From: Pelomyxa schiedti
Taxonomy: Eukaryota; Protista; Evosea
Reading direction: 5' to 3'
DNA: 64,000 nt
Assembly: GCA_020536535.1 (NCBI GenBank)
Contig: JAHLWZ010000231.1
Location: 62,001 to 126,000, forward strand
Shown here: positions 58,936 to 64,000 of the stretch, piece after piece
Layout: every line of letters starts with the position of its first letter
How positions within the stretch are numbered: position 1 is the stretch's first letter
The notes under the pieces: model-generated
What the model was told of the DNA's origin: nothing
The model's database searches: none
What the model saw: only the letters and a program-made list of their open reading frames with translations
Position numbers and translations under genes: made by a program

Positions 58936-61900
58936 TCAAGGCATCCAAATTTGAAGTGTTTGGGTGATTTTTGTCCTGCAAGTTGGGCATGTTTGTGACT
59001 TTGGAGTTGGTGAAGAGGCTGTTATTAGGTCACAACATTGCTTGCATACAGTGTGTCCGCAGGGACTGAATGCAATGACATTGTTGCCCATAGGCCCCAG
59101 GCAGACGGGGCACTCACTCGCGGAGGCTGTTGTGCTTGTGTGGGGTGCGGCTGCGGTTGTATCCGGAGTGCTTTTGGTGTGATCTTTGACAATCCAAGCA
59201 AGTTCGGGGTTGTACTGTTGTAGAGAGGGGCTGGAGAGCTTGGAAACGATCAGTGCTTCCTGGTTTTCGTAGGCTTGGTACTGTTCCGTGAGATTTAATC
59301 GCTTGCGTTTGAGTACTTCCACTTCCGCAATTGAGTTCTGTATTTGCTTTGTAATTATTTCAGCTCGGTTTTCTGACAATTGTTTTTTCAAGTTTTCCTT
59401 CATTTCCGTCAACTGTAAAAAGTTAGTTGATCTTGAACAACAAGGATTCTGAACCTCTTTCAATTTCCTCTTCAGGTCATTTGCACATTGACGGCTATCG
59501 CAGAGTTGCTTATAGCTTTCAGACCATTTGCTGACCTGGGAGGACTTTTTTTTTGTGCGTGAAATCAATTGTTTGGTTGCATCCAGAGCTTCATTTGTAG
59601 CATCGAGCTCGGCGTGGATAATCTTAAAAGCATTGGTCAACTCCCCAACAGAAGGAGCATTGCTAATTAGTGCACGTTCTTCAATTTGTAAATCTGATAT
59701 TTGCCTGAACTTGGATCCCATTTCTTGTCTGCATCGGAAAAGAGGTAGAAAAAGTGACTGAAATGTTTTTTGAAGATCCGCAGGAATTCTCAGCATATCC
59801 TCCCTTTCATTCAAGCCCACACCAGTAACACGGTTGGATATCGATAGAAAGTCATTCACTTGCCGTTCTAATTGAGAAACCAACTGCTGAAAATGGTCTT
59901 CTACAACCGCACGCTGGTGAAGGAGATTGTCAGACTCCGGTGTATTTTGTAATCGTGACTGTACATTACTATGTTCCTTTGACAAGTCATCAAGCTCAGA
60001 TAAGCCTTTTTGAATGGCATTGCTCATGGCTGCAACATCATTGCTTTGCTCCAGACAGGTTTTTTTATTGGCCAAATCTTCACGCACTAAAATGAAATCA
60101 CAGACTATTTGCATGACTTTGTTGGTTTCCGCATGAACCTCTGTATCCACTTCGGGTGTGCCAGCTTTGCGGAGGGATTGTGCCAATTTTTTTACAAGTG
60201 GAAAAGATTGGCATTGCTCTTGGATATAGGAAGCATCTTGCTGCACAAGGGCTTGCTGTTTTGTTGCAGGAGCATTTAATGTCCGAATTTCCAATTCCAT
60301 CGTCGTAAGTCTTTGTTGCAGTTGTTCCATTTCCTGTTTTTGTCTTTCACAATGTTCTGCAAGTCTAACATTTTCCTGTTGAGCCGCAAGTAGGTTCTTA
60401 TTCAAGATGGAAACGGAGTCTTGATGCCTATCAGTTAAAGACTTGAGCTCTGCCTCGTTTTCATGCTGCTTTGCTGTTATCTGTTGCTGCAACAGGTCCA
60501 ACTGTTGTTGGCGTGCTTCTAGGTTCTTCTCATTAGCATCTTGAAGACTTTTTCGATCAGAAGTGTGTTGCATTTGGAGTTGTTCGATATGCACCAGGTT
60601 ATCTTTTTGTATTTTTTCTACGGCTAGATTATGTTCTCGTTGGAGAGATTCAATTTCTTCTTTGTGTCTCTCAAGGATGGCCTGTTTGTCATTTTGAGCT
60701 TGCCCGAGGGCTGCACTGATCTCTCCTTCTCGGTTCTTTAATAATTGCTCTTGTGCCAATTTCCATTTTTCTTCAGCTTCTTTCAGAGCCCGTGCACAAC
60801 GGTCTTCGACGGCTTTAATTTTATTTGTCCTCTTCTCTTTTACTGTCTGAATACAAGATCAAATAAAACTTTCCATAGATTATACTTACACTAAGGTAAG
60901 TCAAACTGGCGTTATAGTCTTCCTGGAACTTGTATATCATGTGGATATCCTGAGTAACCGGTAAAGTGAAAGTCTCTTTTCCGATACAGAGTGGAACGCC
61001 AGCACAAATGCCAACGACATTATTCTGCATGCTATGCAATCCGCAAGTATCTTTCACCTCTGGAGTATTATAACAGTCTCTTGGTACCTGCCCAAGCATT
61101 TGACCTAAAAGCTTGGGACTATTATGAGCAAAAGCAATGACCTGGGAAGTGACAAGGACCCCTGAAGTTATGAGGGCCTCTGCAATTGAGAAGAACTTCA
61201 GTATAAGAGCATGAATTAAAGGTGGGACATCATCGTGGACAGTAGTGTTAAAGTCAAATAACTTGGGCGTAACAACTTCCCGAACAAATGCCTCCTCAAA
61301 CTCAGCGAGCTGTTGAGGGGCAAATCTTTTCTCAGAAGCCCACCTCAAGCAATCTGTAAAAACTGTATGCCCACACATAGTTATGCCATCTTTATCCACT
61401 TGCTCTTCTTGTGGGAGGGACATTTGATCTATCCCTTTGAAGAGCCTCACCCAAGTTTTTGGGTCACAAATATCACAGCTACGAAACGGATTTTTTGGAC
61501 AGTGTTTATTGGAGACCATTGTAAAGTGATTCCTCAACACATCCACAGAATTACGACTAATGGGTAGACCCGTCGCATTAGCTGATGTAGAGCATGGTGG
61601 AGGTAGAACTTGCTGGGTTGGAGATGGAAAAAGTGGCTGGGAGAATGGGGTCATATTTTTTGTTGAAGTATCAGTAGGGTTCTTGGTGCTAGGTTTGAGT
61701 GCCTGAGGTACATCTTTTTGACATGTGAATGGAACTCGTTGAGGCATTGACTGCAGTGGAGCTGGAGGAGTTTCATGATGCACTTGGGGAGGAACCTGTA
61801 CGGGAAAACGTGGCCTGCCACCGGGTGCCACATACTGTGGTTTTGGTAGCAAGGATGGAGATTGTAGAGGTGGCCCTACTTGATATGGTAATACTGTTGG

Positions 61901-63749
61901 CGATAGCGTTCTCTGGGGAATGACAGAAGTAGGAGTGTATGGAGGAAAAACTGGTTTATGTGATAGTAATTGGGTTTGATAAGACTGAGGCACTATGGAG
62001 TTGATTTTTGGTGGTTCAATGAGTGCTTGGGGAGGATGCGTTGGAATCCCCTGCACAACATGCTGCTGCTGTGCGTACAAGGGTAGTTGTGGCAGTACCT
62101 GTGGTCGAAGTTGGAGCTGCGGGTGTAATTTGGCTTGTGGGGGTTGAAGGGTTTGTGGAAGTGGCGGTGGAACGGTTTGCGGTTGTGGCTGTGGCTGTGG
62201 CTTTAGCTTCGGCTTTCGTTGAGGTTGTGTTTGCAGTTGCTGTAGTTGAGGTTGTGGTTGTGGTTGCGGCTGAGGTTGTAGTTGTGTTTGCGTTTGCACT
62301 TGTTGTGGTTTCGGTTGCAGTTGTGGTTGTGGCTGTGGCTGTGGCTGTGTTTGCATTTGCGGCTGTGGCTGTGTCTGTGGCTGCGTCTGTGTCTGTGTCT
62401 GTGGTTGTGTCTGTGGCTGTGGTTGTGTCTGCGTTTGCGGTTGTGTTTGCAGTTGTGGTTGTGGTTGTGTTTGTGTTTGCGTTTGCGTTTGCGTTTGAGA
62501 TTGCGGTTGTGGTGGTGATTGGGTTTGCAGCTGCTCCAGTTGCGCTTGCGATTGCGATTCGGATTGTGATTGGGATTGTGGTTGCGGTTGCGGTAACTGT
62601 TGTGGAAGAGGAAGCTCATATTCGGGAGTTTCCTGTTTCGGAGAGTGCACTTGTGCCTGCGGCGGCAGTTTTGGTTGTGGTCGGGATGGTAGATACAGTG
62701 GTAACTGCGTTGGTGGTGGCAGTTGTAGCTGTGGTTGTACTTCTATCGCTGGTTGCACTTCTAGTAGTGTTTTTTGTTGGGGAGGAACTGCCTCCAATGG
62801 CTCTTTGTGCATTTCTTGTGCAACTTGAGGCGGTAAGGGAACCGGGTGCTCTACCATCACTTGATCTTGACGAGGAAGTTGAGTTGGTGAGTTTACAGCT
62901 TGAATTTGTCCCCCAGGGTCGCTTTGGGAATGTTGCTGATCCCTCTTTTGGCAATCCAATACAGGAACTGTTAAAACTGGAGAAGGAACACGCTCAGATG
63001 CCAGTTGAGCGGAAGTCGTGAAACGAGATTCCGTTGGAGGGCGGACTTCGGGGCCAGCTTGCGGGGTCTGTTGTGGAAACGAACTCGGTGGCGTCCCAGG
63101 CCTCGGTGGTGGGGTTTGTGGTGCTCCAGAAGCTCTGAGTTGAACGGGCGTCGGTGGGCCCAGCAATTGATCCCCCCTTACTGGCGGATTTCGCTTTGAG
63201 TTTAATTGTTCTGCAGTGGGAAAGGTGACTAAAGAGCCTGTTACAGATAATGTTCCGCAGTTTACAGACTTAATCTTAAACCTGGTCACATTCAGTGTTA
63301 TTGAGGGGAGGATCTCACCATACACAGATTTGACTGATCGAACGAAAGTATGTTTATCACCTTCTTTTGACAGCTCGGAAAGAGTGCACGCAAACGAGCC
63401 AAGTGCAGAGTTCCTGTGTAAAAATTAACACCGTCACAAAACATATGAAAATTACATATCCCATAGTGCCACTTCCACATTTGTCTCGAGCCTGTAAACG
63501 GCCAAATCTATGTCCACACACGAGGAAAAGTGCTCGGCCTTGGGAACAGGGTCCGACTGCCCACAGTTCGAAGAAAAACTGGACCCAGTGATACGCACAC
63601 AGAGATGAGTACTATAGGCAAGTGTTATTGTCCTCGAACAGTAAGACCCACAAAGACATCAAAAGCACGCACCAGTTTGGCGGTATGTCGCTCTTCTTCA
63701 CGTCCACATTAAAATTAATTTTCAATTTGCTGGCAGGAGGTTGTTGCAT
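58936..63749 (-). CDS. Large protein: possible N-terminal C2-like region, P/Q-rich linker, coiled coil and C-terminal RING finger (putative E3 ligase)
   Basis: C-terminal CPVC..PCGHTVCKQC..CPTCR (C3HC4 RING). ORFs 60821-63325 and 58936-60759 join in frame through a GT-AG intron near 60850-60890. Upstream VEVALWD..LGSFACTLSEL is C2-like. The first exon and start codon are unresolved. Confidence 0.72.
62175..62600 (-). repeat. Coding (QP/QT/QS)n dipeptide repeat
   Basis: Degenerate hexanucleotide repeats encode QPQPQSQSQ..QTQTQTQPQP. Confidence 0.9.
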
Positions 63750-64000
63750 CGGAGCACAGCCGTAATTGGACGAAGGGGGAAAAAAAAATCGAACTCCCTC
63801 CTACCCACGCGCCGAAAGCCTTTTTTGCCAAAAAAAACAAAAACAAAAAACTCCATACCAACTTGATTTGTCGCACAACCGTTGATCGGCACTGTCGCAC
63901 GACCATGAAAAGTCCTTTTTGGTGAATACCTAAAAGCTGTTCTGTTTCTATTTTTGCCAACTTTCAACAAGAATGGGATGTGGTGGTTGTGGATGAAGGG

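Noticed and set aside
62023-63021. 332-aa Val/Ala-rich plus-strand ORF resembling a membrane protein
   Set aside because: Antisense reading of the (QP/QT)n repeat in the RING gene.
1-64000. Stop-codon reassignment, frameshifting or widespread pseudogenisation as the cause of fragmented ORFs
   Set aside because: Nearly all breaks I examined are resolved by short GT-AG introns that restore conserved motifs (the exception is the first exon of the RING gene), and long exons of 2-3 kb are stop-free in the standard code.
1-64000. tRNA, rRNA or CRISPR loci, or a functionally coherent gene cluster
   Set aside because: None recognised by eye (tRNAscan-SE/Infernal not run). Neighbouring genes have unrelated functions.

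Overview
Gene-dense, intron-rich eukaryotic (protist) DNA; nothing in it looks prokaryotic. Introns are GT-AG and mostly about 45-55 nt, so the ORF track breaks real genes into pieces. The style suggests an amoebozoan, possibly an archamoeba, but that is an unverified inference. I reconstructed 16 protein-coding genes by hand: a giant NT-C2/coiled-coil/Dilute protein (runs off the left edge), a ZNFX1-like helicase with an RZ finger, MLH3, a PHO80/U-type cyclin, a CTP:phosphocholine cytidylyltransferase + choline/ethanolamine kinase + C1-domain fusion, a GH43-CBM42 glycosidase, a giant polytopic membrane repeat protein, a divergent Rab, glutaminase A (GtaA-like), a compact TMC-like protein, a dual-specificity phosphatase, an AT-hook Q/P-rich protein, a HIT protein, SMC4, a sirtuin lacking its zinc module, and a P/Q-rich coiled-coil RING protein. 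There is also a 516-bp hAT-like MITE with an exact 8-bp target-site duplication. The best candidates for new biology are the Kennedy-pathway enzyme fusion with a C1 lipid sensor (joined through a stop-containing 45-nt intron), the roughly 19-repeat membrane protein, the zinc-less sirtuin, and the 32 x 15-residue (pentadecad) coiled-coil array. Exon boundaries were read by eye and need RNA-seq confirmation.
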